The notes beneath the pieces are model-generated. The model was not told where the DNA came from. It made no database searches and saw only the letters and a list, made by a program, of their open reading frames with translations. Position numbers and translations under genes: made by a program. A stretch of 64,000 bases of DNA from a virus (lineage: Duplodnaviria > Caudoviricetes), in IMG/VR virus record IMGVR_UViG_3300034073_002120; one strand, given 5' to 3'. Positions 8,242 through 16,773 of this stretch are shown here, in pieces (the stretch's first letter is position 1; each line of letters begins with the position of its first letter).

Positions 8242-9519
8242 TTAAATTTTTGAGTAATCCATACCCCAACTTGCCTTAATTGGAAATCCAAAACTTTCGA
8301 GCACGGATTTAATCTCCTTTGCCCTCTCCATATCCCAGCTCAAATGGTATTCAAATAAAAATGAATCGTAGGTATACAAGATTGGCAACTCCATCCCACT
8401 TCCTTTTAACTTTTTCAGAACTTCCATATTGAACTCCGTTTCTGTCGCTTGTAAAAGATAGTTGAACACCTTTTGGGGATTCTCACCTTCAATCCAACTT
8501 AGAGGTATTTTTCTTCCCTTTGGGGTTAGGATGTATCCTCTTTGTTGGGATTCGGTATAGACCCGTTGTATGAACTCATCAACCTCCTTAAAGAACGGAA
8601 TTTCTTTATCTTCATCACTCACACCACCATAAAGGATTCGGAATGTTCTTCCTTTAGATTCATCATAAGGACATCCGTATTGGTCTGCTAGCCATTGGTG
8701 TACGGAGGTCTTCGGTAAATCATATCCAATCAACTTACCGATAATACGAACGTGGTATGCATCATAATCGAATTGTAAGAACATCGTACCATCTCGAGGA
8801 ATGAATACTTCTCTCGAACCATCCTTTTTATTCAATGCACCAAAGTTGATACCGCCATGGCGATTGGAGGGACGTGATGTAAGGGTATATGGGTTATACT
8901 CTGTCCAAATAATATCGTTGTGTAGGTGTTTGGAGTTGTGTGGCCATCTATCAAAAAATTTTTCGGTGTCGACGTGGAGGCCCTTTCGTTCCATTTCTGA
9001 AAGGATAGGAATCATCGTTTCATCAATCCACTCCATTTTACCACTTTTCTCTAATAATGGTAAAAATGAGTATTTCTTAATAATACCATTTAATACCTCA
9101 ATCCACTTCATTATAGGGAGTGATTTACCTAAATTATCTCGTAACCCCAAACGAGTATAAAAGTTCGTTATGGGTTCAATTTCGGTGTTTAAATCGATTA
9201 AAGTATTGTATATAAAGAATGATTCCGCTTGTATATCTCTAACGGATTGTAATCCTAAGTTTGTTTGTAAAATTCCTTTTTTATTCCATACCCATTTTGT
9301 TTGTGTAGATTGGGAAAGGTCTATTTGAATGTTCTCGCAATCATTATGGTCAAATGGGATAATATAATCACCATCTTTGAAATGGACATAGAGAAATGAT
9401 AAATGAGTATTCATCGGATGTAAATCCAAATCAGCCCAAATAGGAATGACCATTGAGGATTGATTACCCCAACGGTCTATAAAATCATTTATCTCTTTTT
9501 GAGATTCTACTATAATCAT
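8242..9519 (-). CDS. Compact family A DNA polymerase-like protein
   Basis: Motif A DYDAYHVRI, motif B KGRTFRILYG, motif C YTYDSFLFE; 425 aa. Confidence 0.8.
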   Translation of the reverse strand: MIIVESQKEINDFIDRWGNQSSMVIPIWADLDLHPMNTHLSFLYVHFKDGDYIIPFDHNDCENIQIDLSQSTQTKWVWNKKGILQTNLGLQSVRDIQAESFFIYNTLIDLNTEIEPITNFYTRLGLRDNLGKSLPIMKWIEVLNGIIKKYSFLPLLEKSGKMEWIDETMIPILSEMERKGLHVDTEKFFDRWPHNSKHLHNDIIWTEYNPYTLTSRPSNRHGGINFGALNKKDGSREVFIPRDGTMFLQFDYDAYHVRIIGKLIGYDLPKTSVHQWLADQYGCPYDESKGRTFRILYGGVSDEDKEIPFFKEVDEFIQRVYTESQQRGYILTPKGRKIPLSWIEGENPQKVFNYLLQATETEFNMEVLKKLKGSGMELPILYTYDSFLFEYHLSWDMERAKEIKSVLESFGFPIKASWGMDYSKI

Positions 9520-9523
9520 TCTA

Positions 9524-9555
9524 CAAAGATACGAAATTTATTTTGTATTTCCAAA
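9524..9555 (-). promoter_or_regulatory. Bacteroidota-type promoter abutting the PolA start codon
   Basis: TTTG-gaaatacaaaataaatttcg(20 nt)-TATCTTTG, then only taga before the ATG. Confidence 0.7.
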
Positions 9556-9936
9556 TTAAAATTGAGCACTACCCGATAAGATATTAGTCTTAATTGAATG
9601 TAATAACTCTACTTCATTTTGAAAGACGGTTTCTTCGAATTCGTTTCGATTTTTTTCAATCGATTCTTCTACCATTTTTAATAACATTTGATGATAGGTG
9701 GTAGTAAATGAATTACTAAGAGTAAATTTGTGATTTGTAATTGTTACTCCAAATTCATCTAAACGAACCCAATACAATAATCTCTTATTTACCATAAAGT
9801 ATTTATGACTAAGAGGTGCAACTTTTAAATCAGTATCTTCTTGTGCACATAAGTTTTTTACAACATCATAGATAAGTTGTTCTTTCTCATTCATCTCATA
9901 CTCTGGAAAGAATTTCTTTTTAATTGCTTTGAACAT
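9556..9936 (-). CDS. Hypothetical protein
   Basis: 126 aa ORF in a co-directional gene run. Confidence 0.7.
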   Translation of the reverse strand: MFKAIKKKFFPEYEMNEKEQLIYDVVKNLCAQEDTDLKVAPLSHKYFMVNKRLLYWVRLDEFGVTITNHKFTLSNSFTTTYHQMLLKMVEESIEKNRNEFEETVFQNEVELLHSIKTNILSGSAQF

Positions 9937-10099
9937 TTTCGTCTTGTTTATCGTTTATCACTAAATATTTATATCCTTTTTCAGTTTCTTTAATTGTACC
10001 CGAATCAATTAGTTTTTGAACTTCCATCACAGCATCTTCTCCTTTCTCCATTGCTTGATGAAACATTAATCCAATTGTATGTTCTATGTAAATTACCAT
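9920..10099 (-). CDS. Small hypothetical protein (59 aa; not in ORF track)
   Basis: MVIYIEHTIGLMFHQAMEKGEDAVMEVQKLIDSG...VQSN; fills the gap and overlaps both neighbours in translational-coupling fashion. Confidence 0.6.
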   Translation of the reverse strand: MVIYIEHTIGLMFHQAMEKGEDAVMEVQKLIDSGTIKETEKGYKYLVINDKQDENVQSN

Positions 10100-10572
10100 A
10101 TTTCAAATCCTCCACAATTTCGTAAGAATTCAATAAATTGTTTGATTCTACCAACTGATGTGGAATGTGATGATTCAACTAACATACCACTTTCAGTTAC
10201 GATTGGTGTATAGTGAATACTTCCATATTCATATTGTTGGTTTAAACTCATATCAACTTCACTACTAATCATTTTACCAGTTCCTGCTTCACACCAACTA
10301 CCTAAACATAGATACACTCTATCATCATCTTGTTTTGCATCAATTTCATTACCTAACAATTCTTCTAATGCATCAGCAAGATTATTACATTCTTCTGCGG
10401 TTTCTAATCCTTTACCATCATTAGACCCCCAATAATCAGTATTGTAATCTAATTTAGAATCGTAGATTGCCATTTGACAAAGATGGTTAATAGGTCTCCA
10501 TCCCCACCAATTAGAACCGAAATAATCACCTGTTTCATTTATTGGGTTTTTACCCGAAATATCTACTCCCAT
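10093..10572 (-). CDS. Conserved phage hypothetical protein
   Basis: 159 aa; NWWGWRP...F.EFLRNCGGFEIW. Confidence 0.75.
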   Translation of the reverse strand: MGVDISGKNPINETGDYFGSNWWGWRPINHLCQMAIYDSKLDYNTDYWGSNDGKGLETAEECNNLADALEELLGNEIDAKQDDDRVYLCLGSWCEAGTGKMISSEVDMSLNQQYEYGSIHYTPIVTESGMLVESSHSTSVGRIKQFIEFLRNCGGFEIW

Positions 10573-10820
10573 TATTGTATAATTTTATTGGTGATTCGTA
10601 AAATTGTTGCTTCATCTTCTTTGGATAATCTCCAACTATTTCCTAATAATTTTCTAACTTCATCATCAAAATCAGAACCATTACCTTCATCTCCATAACG
10701 AGAATCTTTTTTAGCTACAATTCCTTCATCATAAAGGTCATCTACTAATTCTTGTTTTTCATAATCGGACATTCCCCATAGAATATCTTCAATGTCTACA
10801 TCAACTGAAATACTACTCAT
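10572..10820 (-). CDS. Acidic hypothetical protein
   Basis: 82 aa ORF, TAATG-coupled to the next gene. Confidence 0.7.
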   Translation of the reverse strand: MSSISVDVDIEDILWGMSDYEKQELVDDLYDEGIVAKKDSRYGDEGNGSDFDDEVRKLLGNSWRLSKEDEATILRITNKIIQ

Positions 10821-10825
10821 AATTT

Positions 10826-11179
10826 TTAATTTTTAGTTTTTAATTCTTTTATATGTTTACAATCTTTTCCTCTACTAAATCCGTATGCCGGACATGAACA
10901 ACTCCATCTACCATTTATATTCGTTACTTCATAAATCTTACCTTTACTACCTTCTACTGAAAAGGTTTGTTTTTCTGATTTTATTGGTAGTGATACTACT
11001 ACTTCTTCGGTTTTTTTAAACTTAGTAATAGTTTTTGTCCACATTTTTTCTAACTCAGCCCAACTATATTTTCTATCTACTTTAACCCAACCTAATTTAG
11101 GGTCGGTTGTTACAATATACCATTGACCGGATATTACTGATTGAAACGATGTTGGTGGTAAAAGTGATTCAATTTTCAT
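10826..11179 (-). CDS. SWIM zinc-finger protein
   Basis: VEGSKGKIYEV...WSCSCPAY...CKHI = CxC-xn-CxH. Confidence 0.8.
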   Translation of the reverse strand: MKIESLLPPTSFQSVISGQWYIVTTDPKLGWVKVDRKYSWAELEKMWTKTITKFKKTEEVVVSLPIKSEKQTFSVEGSKGKIYEVTNINGRWSCSCPAYGFSRGKDCKHIKELKTKN

Positions 11180-11181
11180 AA

Positions 11182-11553
11182 TTATACCATTTGAAACCCA
11201 ACTACTGAATTTGTTGTTGAACGAAAGGGTTTAGATGCCTGAGCAAATCTACCATAACTTCGAACCATTTGTGAAGGTGAAGTGATTGAATCCCAAGCAG
11301 ATTCCCATTTATCAGGTATCTTACCATCTTTGAGTACCAATAACCCAATTGCGTTAAAATACTCCTCAATATCACTATATTTTATCTTAAAGAAGGTATT
11401 TACCCTATTAGGTTTATCAACGTGAATAAAGAGAACTGAGCGGGGTTTAACCTTACATATTTTAAGGTTACGGGTCTTAACCTTTCCGTTAAGTGAAACG
11501 GTCACATCTAAGAACGAACCCGCGGGGAGATTATCAAAAATTGAAGAATTCAT
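11182..11553 (-). CDS. Hypothetical protein
   Basis: 123 aa ORF downstream of a promoter repeat. Confidence 0.7.
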   Translation of the reverse strand: MNSSIFDNLPAGSFLDVTVSLNGKVKTRNLKICKVKPRSVLFIHVDKPNRVNTFFKIKYSDIEEYFNAIGLLVLKDGKIPDKWESAWDSITSPSQMVRSYGRFAQASKPFRSTTNSVVGFQMV

Positions 11554-11574
11554 ATCGTTTATAGTTTAATCATT

Positions 11575-11625
11575 TATTATACAGCTAATATAGGAAATAT
11601 TTTTCACATTTCCAAATTTTATCGG
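11575..11625 (-). promoter_or_regulatory. Repeated early-type promoter element (class II)
   Basis: gataaaaTTTGgaaatgtgaaaaatatttccTATATTAGCTGTA. Confidence 0.65.
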
Positions 11626-11831
11626 TATAAAGTTACAAAATCTCCGAAATAAGTATCAAAGGTCTGAACCAAATGTTCGTAATCACCTTCTTTCATTTTC
11701 CCACAAACCTCTTCGGAATTTAATCCCAATTGTCTTGCAAGATTCACTGCAGTTCCCAATAAAAAGAATGCGTTACCTTGTGGACCGGTTAAATCAATTT
11801 CAATACCTGTATTTTTCTTAGTCTTTATCAT
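11619..11831 (-). CDS. Conserved small phage hypothetical protein
   Basis: IDLTGPQGNAFFLLG...M..GDYEHLVQ.FD.YFG. Confidence 0.75.
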   Translation of the reverse strand: MIKTKKNTGIEIDLTGPQGNAFFLLGTAVNLARQLGLNSEEVCGKMKEGDYEHLVQTFDTYFGDFVTLYR

Positions 11832-11848
11832 ATCTTTTATATTTTAAA

Positions 11849-12208
11849 TTAAAGTCCTTGTTCTCTACGCAAATCATAATCTTCTTTATCAATCTCCGAA
11901 TACTCAACCACTTTTAAATAAGGTTTGAAATCGGTTTGATAATAACCTCTAAGATTAGCAATATCAATCATCGTATCAATAAATGATTTACGAACATACG
12001 TCATATCTGAACTACCAAACCCCTGGTCTTCTGGCCAATCTGAATAATATTCAGCAACCTCATCTAATGCATCGTAAACTGCATCCATATAAGTAATAAC
12101 TCGTTTTACATACTTACCCTCAACTGGAAAAGCGTTTTTAATAACATCATAACCTTCGATTAACGAAGCGGAAGCAAGAACTGAATTAACATTAAATGGT
12201 AAGCTCAT
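11849..12208 (-). CDS. Hypothetical protein (start revised to MSLPF at 12208)
   Basis: The track start at 12241 lies within the promoter/leader repeat; an A-rich leader precedes the ATG at 12208. Confidence 0.7.
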   Translation of the reverse strand: MSLPFNVNSVLASASLIEGYDVIKNAFPVEGKYVKRVITYMDAVYDALDEVAEYYSDWPEDQGFGSSDMTYVRKSFIDTMIDIANLRGYYQTDFKPYLKVVEYSEIDKEDYDLRREQGL

Positions 12209-12231
12209 AATTTTATATTTTAAAGGTTTAT

Positions 12232-12287
12232 TATCTCTCAATCTTATACAGCTAATATAGGTCTTTTTATTGGATTTTCCAAATTTT
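12232..12287 (-). promoter_or_regulatory. Repeated early-type promoter element (class II)
   Basis: aaaaTTTGgaaaatccaataaaaagaccTATATTAGCTGTAtaagattgagagataa. Confidence 0.65.
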
Positions 12288-12292
12288 TTAAC

Positions 12293-12583
12293 TTATATTT
12301 TTGGATATTTTTCAACTATTTTTACTACCGATTCTAATCGGCCGGATAACTCTGAATTTAGGAGTTTTTTACCCAAAACTAACAAATCATCGTATAAATA
12401 CCCATCGTATAACCCATATAACTCATTTATTAGGTTAAATCCATCTTCGGAACGTCTATCTACACCATCATCACCATTTGGACCAAATTGAACCATATCG
12501 ATAAGAGAACCAATTTCTCTTAGAGTTTCACCACTCATATTTTGGTGGCGATTAAAATTTGAATAACCTAACATATTTTCCAT
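12293..12583 (-). CDS. Hypothetical protein (start revised to MENML at 12583)
   Basis: The track uses an upstream TTG; the first ATG is at 12583, after a 21-codon mini-ORF. Confidence 0.65.
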   Translation of the reverse strand: MENMLGYSNFNRHQNMSGETLREIGSLIDMVQFGPNGDDGVDRRSEDGFNLINELYGLYDGYLYDDLLVLGKKLLNSELSGRLESVVKIVEKYPKI

Positions 12584-12594
12584 ATTTTTAAAGT

Positions 12595-12660
12595 TTAATA
12601 TCCTAATACTTTTAAGACCCTCATTCCGAACCAAATAATCTCTATAATGTTTAATTTCAT
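12595..12660 (-). CDS. Possible 21-aa hydrophobic micro-ORF (MKLNIIEIIWFGMRVLKVLGY)
   Basis: First ATG after the class II promoter at ~12675-12712; its size is at chance level. Confidence 0.3.
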   Translation of the reverse strand: MKLNIIEIIWFGMRVLKVLGY

Positions 12661-12735
12661 ATCTCTCTCAATTACAAAGCTAACATACGAAGAATTTTCC
12701 ACATTTCCAAACATTTTATCAATTATTTTTTGACA
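12661..12735 (-). promoter_or_regulatory. Repeated early-type promoter element (class II)
   Basis: caaaaaataattgataaaatgTTTGgaaatgtggaaaattcttcgTATGTTAGCTTTGtaattgagagagat. Confidence 0.65.
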
Positions 12736-12767
12736 AAAAAATAACCCGTTGGGTTTTAACGGGTTAT
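12735..12767 (-). terminator. Intrinsic terminator after the PhyH gene
   Basis: ATAACCCGTT-aaaaccc-AACGGGTTAT followed by a T run on the minus strand. Confidence 0.85.
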
Positions 12768-12788
12768 AAAATATTGATTTTTAATGGG

Positions 12789-13562
12789 TTATTCTCCCCA
12801 ATATTTATTTCTTAAATCATATAATTCAATCGCTTCTCTCTTCATTTGATTACCTGGATGAAAATATGCTCCTTTTTTCAAATATCCACCTAAGAAATTT
12901 CTTCTCATTCTATTAGGGTCTCTATTTGGTTCTGAACCATGTACAACGTGTGAGTGTAAAAGTGCAACTTGTCCTTTTTTCAAATATCCCTCTACCTTAC
13001 GGAAATCATGGCCATCTGGCATTACACAACTTTTACCTCTTTCGCTTCTCCAGTTATCGGTATTAGTTGCTTTTCTTTCTTCATTATCTTCGATTGGTAA
13101 TACAGGTAATCTATGTGAACCTTCGTAGTTCCACACCGCTCCGTTTTCAGGGTCGTGATTATCTAATGCTAATGCAGTATTGATAATTTCATTATGTCCA
13201 CAACCGGTGTAGAATGCATTTTGATGTTGGTCACGTCCTAATTCACCTTTTGGTTTGTAGTATCCCCAAGTTTGTAAACCAACCACATCACCTTCCATAA
13301 GGAACTCACATGCTTCTAAAATTTTTGGATGGACAAATAATTTTTCAATTAATTCTGATTCTCTATGTGGATACATAATTGGTTCGAATTCTTGCCATTT
13401 TCCTGGTTCTTTTTCGTTTCGTTCTAAACGCAATCTATCTAATTCTGCGTTTACTTTATCAACTTCTTCTTCGGTAAGTAATTCTAATACAGTGAATCCG
13501 CGGTATCTCCAATCAAATGACATTTGTTGAAGTTCTTCTTGTGTAAGATGTTTGTAAGCCAT
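12789..13562 (-). CDS. PhyH-family Fe(II)/2-oxoglutarate dioxygenase
   Basis: GFTVLELLTEEEV, HQN, IALALDNH.PENGAVWNYEGSH, LLHSHVVHGSEPN...R. Confidence 0.8.
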   Translation of the reverse strand: MAYKHLTQEELQQMSFDWRYRGFTVLELLTEEEVDKVNAELDRLRLERNEKEPGKWQEFEPIMYPHRESELIEKLFVHPKILEACEFLMEGDVVGLQTWGYYKPKGELGRDQHQNAFYTGCGHNEIINTALALDNHDPENGAVWNYEGSHRLPVLPIEDNEERKATNTDNWRSERGKSCVMPDGHDFRKVEGYLKKGQVALLHSHVVHGSEPNRDPNRMRRNFLGGYLKKGAYFHPGNQMKREAIELYDLRNKYWGE

Positions 13563-13592
13563 AACTTTTTGTTTGTTTTATATAAATATATA

Positions 13593-13982
13593 TTATTTGT
13601 AAAATTGTAAAAGATTTGGTAAATATAATTTTAGATTTGGTATTTTATCATAATGCAATAAAATAGCTCTTCGATTTGACTCCGATACACTCATATCTAA
13701 TAATTGTCCATCTTCTCTATATTGAGTTTCTTTTGGACCAGTTATTCTCCATTTTATAGATACTGAAACAAATATTGCATTATTTTGTAATCTAGTGAAT
13801 GTGTTTGCATTTATCTCATATATAGGTGATGTTGAATCATTTACCTGTTGTGTAAAATATCTAGCAATATACCCTCTTTTATAATCCAAATCAGTTGGAG
13901 TAGGTATATGTGTAGATATTGACGAATATGGTATTACATTCGATGACATCAATTTATTATATGAATCTAATATACTACTCAT
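13593..13982 (-). CDS. Hypothetical protein at the end of the baseplate operon
   Basis: 129 aa, TAATG-coupled to the upstream baseplate gene. Confidence 0.7.
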   Translation of the reverse strand: MSSILDSYNKLMSSNVIPYSSISTHIPTPTDLDYKRGYIARYFTQQVNDSTSPIYEINANTFTRLQNNAIFVSVSIKWRITGPKETQYREDGQLLDMSVSESNRRAILLHYDKIPNLKLYLPNLLQFYK

Positions 13983-16456
13983 TATTTTTCATTTCCTATT
14001 ATTCGTAATTCACCTTTAACATCAGTAAACCAATTCATACCTTCAATCGAATGGTCAACTTTAACTATTTGAAAGAAATTTGGTGCACCGAATTTACCCG
14101 GTAACCCATCAATTCTAAATTTATCACCAACCTTAAAACCACTAACACCATGTACTCTAAAATTAAATGATGCTAATCCAAATGGTGGATTTTGTTTATT
14201 ATTTTCAGCACGAGATTGCGAACCTTTTACTGTTTTTATAAGACCTTTATCAATTAAAAATACTTGTCTTAATGCAGAAGTATCATTCCATGCACCCACC
14301 ATTAATAATGACTCAAGCGTTCCATCATTTGATTTATTAAAATCAAGAAATGTTTTTGTTATATCCAATTTACCATTTCTATCTTGTACTTTCGGTAATA
14401 CTGCACCAGTTTTTGTATAATATTCAAAATTTAAAGCTCTAGCTTCTTGTTCTAATTCATCAGCAGATTTTTTAGATTCTACTGGTTGATTATTATCCGT
14501 AGGTTGCTCTGTTTTCTTTTCTGTTTCTTCTAATGTTTTAAGTCCTTGTAAGTAGGTCCCAACTACATCTTCATTTCTACTAAATACATTTCCCAACATT
14601 GGGCGTGGGTTTAATTCAGGACTATGTTCTATATTAGAATTAAGTTTTTTCTGTACTTGAGATGAAATCATTGCACCTGGAGTATCTACACTAAAATCAC
14701 AACTTATAAAAGGAGAATCAACTCCTCTTGCTTGAAATGAAAATATATCTGTAACATCAACTTGACCTGAAAAATTTAAATCCACTACTGAAACTTGTAA
14801 ATCACCAGTTTTTGGATTTATTGTTTCCATAATTTGAAAACGCCAAATAGAATTACACGCAGATGACATACCATTTAACATTTCATACATTACATCTCTA
14901 ACAACAAAATTTGGTTTAGATATACATTCAACGAAAAAATCAAAATTTATATATAGATTTTTTAAATGACCCCAAAACCCAGCTTTTTCTTTTATAGTTT
15001 TAAAAGATTTATCAACATTAGCAAATTCCATCTCTAAATTATATCTAGCAGGAAATGCATATGGAACTGGTCTGGTTGGCCCGTTTGGAAAATCTTGGCT
15101 TGAATTATTCGATGTATCTGCAGGAGTTTCTGGCCCTCCAATTGGATGTAAATTAGCTAAATTGGCCGGTTGATTTAGTTCATTAAATGTAATAAAATTA
15201 GTAACTTCACTTGTAGAAGATAATGCGGTTACTAAATTAAAATTAGGTGCAGTAGTATTTGGTATAAATAATTTAGTTTTATCGGTTGAAAACATATGTG
15301 GAAATCCCGAACATATTGTATTTTCAATTTGTATTCGTTGGTCTCTAGATTGTTTACCACATAATTTATTATCTTGTGGTTTCAAATCTACAGGATAACT
15401 ATTTATAATTTGCCAAGCCAATTCAAAACGAATATATCTATCAGTTGTAATGATAGGAATATCTTTTGGAATTTTAGCAGTTTTACTAGAATCTTCCGAT
15501 TTCAATTCTGCACCATCACTCATAGCATCAGCAAGAGATTCTCTAACCACCTTATCCATATTTACAAAATTAGCCGCATCTGCCCATTTTGTATCATATG
15601 CCATATTCTTAACTTTATCTGTTCTTTTTTGACCAGGAAGTTCATTGAACATTTGCATAAAAAGTGCTTTTCCCAATTCTTTTGCCTCTGCAGCTGCATC
15701 AATTTGATTTGCATTAAATGTATTACTTGAATCCTTTATTGCACTATCCGTTTTATTAGCATCTCTATGTGTTTGCATGTATTCTGCAACATTACCAACA
15801 CCTGTTAATTTTACTTCTAATTCATATGTTTCATTATCACCAAATGTCATTCCACCACCAACTACAATTCCTAATACAGCATCATAAGTGTAACCAGAGT
15901 TTTCTCTTTTTTGTTTTATGTTTGTCCATTTATCATACTCAGCCATTGCACATGCTGTTACCTTACCATTTTTATCTCCACATTTTTGTGCTATTGATTT
16001 TTGCACATTCCAACCCCATTCACATAATATATGAAATCCTGGTTCTAAAAAATATGATGCTAATAAATTTGCTTGTTCAGATGTAAATGCTGTAATTTTC
16101 ACAGTGGTAATTCTAGAACCACCTTCAGCAGTTTCATCAACACTTACACTTGTTATAACAGGTGATGGTCTTAAACCTCTACCACCGACTTGAAGAGGTG
16201 TATTATCAAAAGTATAACCAACTACACCTGATTTAGAATCTCCTCCATAATTTGTATTAAAATCACCTGATGGTTTTCCGATTGTTTGTAATATAAAACC
16301 ATCCTTTACACTTTTAACTCCGCTAATCATTCTAAACCACACACTAAGTCCACTCACTCCACCTTGTTGGATTGGACGATTATTACCTGCTCTACTTTTT
16401 ATAAGTTTAGCTAATTCAGGATATATTTGTGAATATTGTGGAAAAGAACCTGGCAT
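13982..16456 (-). CDS. Putative baseplate hub / tail-associated structural protein
   Basis: 824 aa following the LysM wedge gene; EWGW motif and C-terminal GVSGFKVGDKFRIDGLP...FFQIVKVDHSI, typical of hub proteins; synteny. Confidence 0.55.
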   Translation of the reverse strand: MPGSFPQYSQIYPELAKLIKSRAGNNRPIQQGGVSGLSVWFRMISGVKSVKDGFILQTIGKPSGDFNTNYGGDSKSGVVGYTFDNTPLQVGGRGLRPSPVITSVSVDETAEGGSRITTVKITAFTSEQANLLASYFLEPGFHILCEWGWNVQKSIAQKCGDKNGKVTACAMAEYDKWTNIKQKRENSGYTYDAVLGIVVGGGMTFGDNETYELEVKLTGVGNVAEYMQTHRDANKTDSAIKDSSNTFNANQIDAAAEAKELGKALFMQMFNELPGQKRTDKVKNMAYDTKWADAANFVNMDKVVRESLADAMSDGAELKSEDSSKTAKIPKDIPIITTDRYIRFELAWQIINSYPVDLKPQDNKLCGKQSRDQRIQIENTICSGFPHMFSTDKTKLFIPNTTAPNFNLVTALSSTSEVTNFITFNELNQPANLANLHPIGGPETPADTSNNSSQDFPNGPTRPVPYAFPARYNLEMEFANVDKSFKTIKEKAGFWGHLKNLYINFDFFVECISKPNFVVRDVMYEMLNGMSSACNSIWRFQIMETINPKTGDLQVSVVDLNFSGQVDVTDIFSFQARGVDSPFISCDFSVDTPGAMISSQVQKKLNSNIEHSPELNPRPMLGNVFSRNEDVVGTYLQGLKTLEETEKKTEQPTDNNQPVESKKSADELEQEARALNFEYYTKTGAVLPKVQDRNGKLDITKTFLDFNKSNDGTLESLLMVGAWNDTSALRQVFLIDKGLIKTVKGSQSRAENNKQNPPFGLASFNFRVHGVSGFKVGDKFRIDGLPGKFGAPNFFQIVKVDHSIEGMNWFTDVKGELRIIGNEK

Positions 16457-16459
16457 TTG

Positions 16460-16750
16460 TTATTGTATAAATTTATTTACGATTTCAGTATAGTTTTGTG
16501 GAATTCTTAAAATTGTTCCATCCGCAATTGCAAATGGTGCATCGTGAATGTTATTAGCAGTTGCTATAATCCACCATAACGATGCATCTCCAAAGAATTG
16601 ATATGCAAGTGTATCCAATCTATCACCCGTCTGAGTCACTGCATAAATATCATTATCCGAAAGTGGTATATTTGGGTATATTTTTGTTCTATATACCTCT
16701 CTACCATCTTTCAGTTTTTGAGTTTTATTGTTTGTATATCTACTTGTCAT
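16460..16750 (-). CDS. LysM-like baseplate wedge protein (gp53 / tail X-like)
   Basis: GDRLDTLAYQFFGDASLWWIIATANNI...G..LRIP. Confidence 0.8.
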   Translation of the reverse strand: MTSRYTNNKTQKLKDGREVYRTKIYPNIPLSDNDIYAVTQTGDRLDTLAYQFFGDASLWWIIATANNIHDAPFAIADGTILRIPQNYTEIVNKFIQ

Positions 16751-16773
16751 ACTATATTAAATATCTAAATTTA

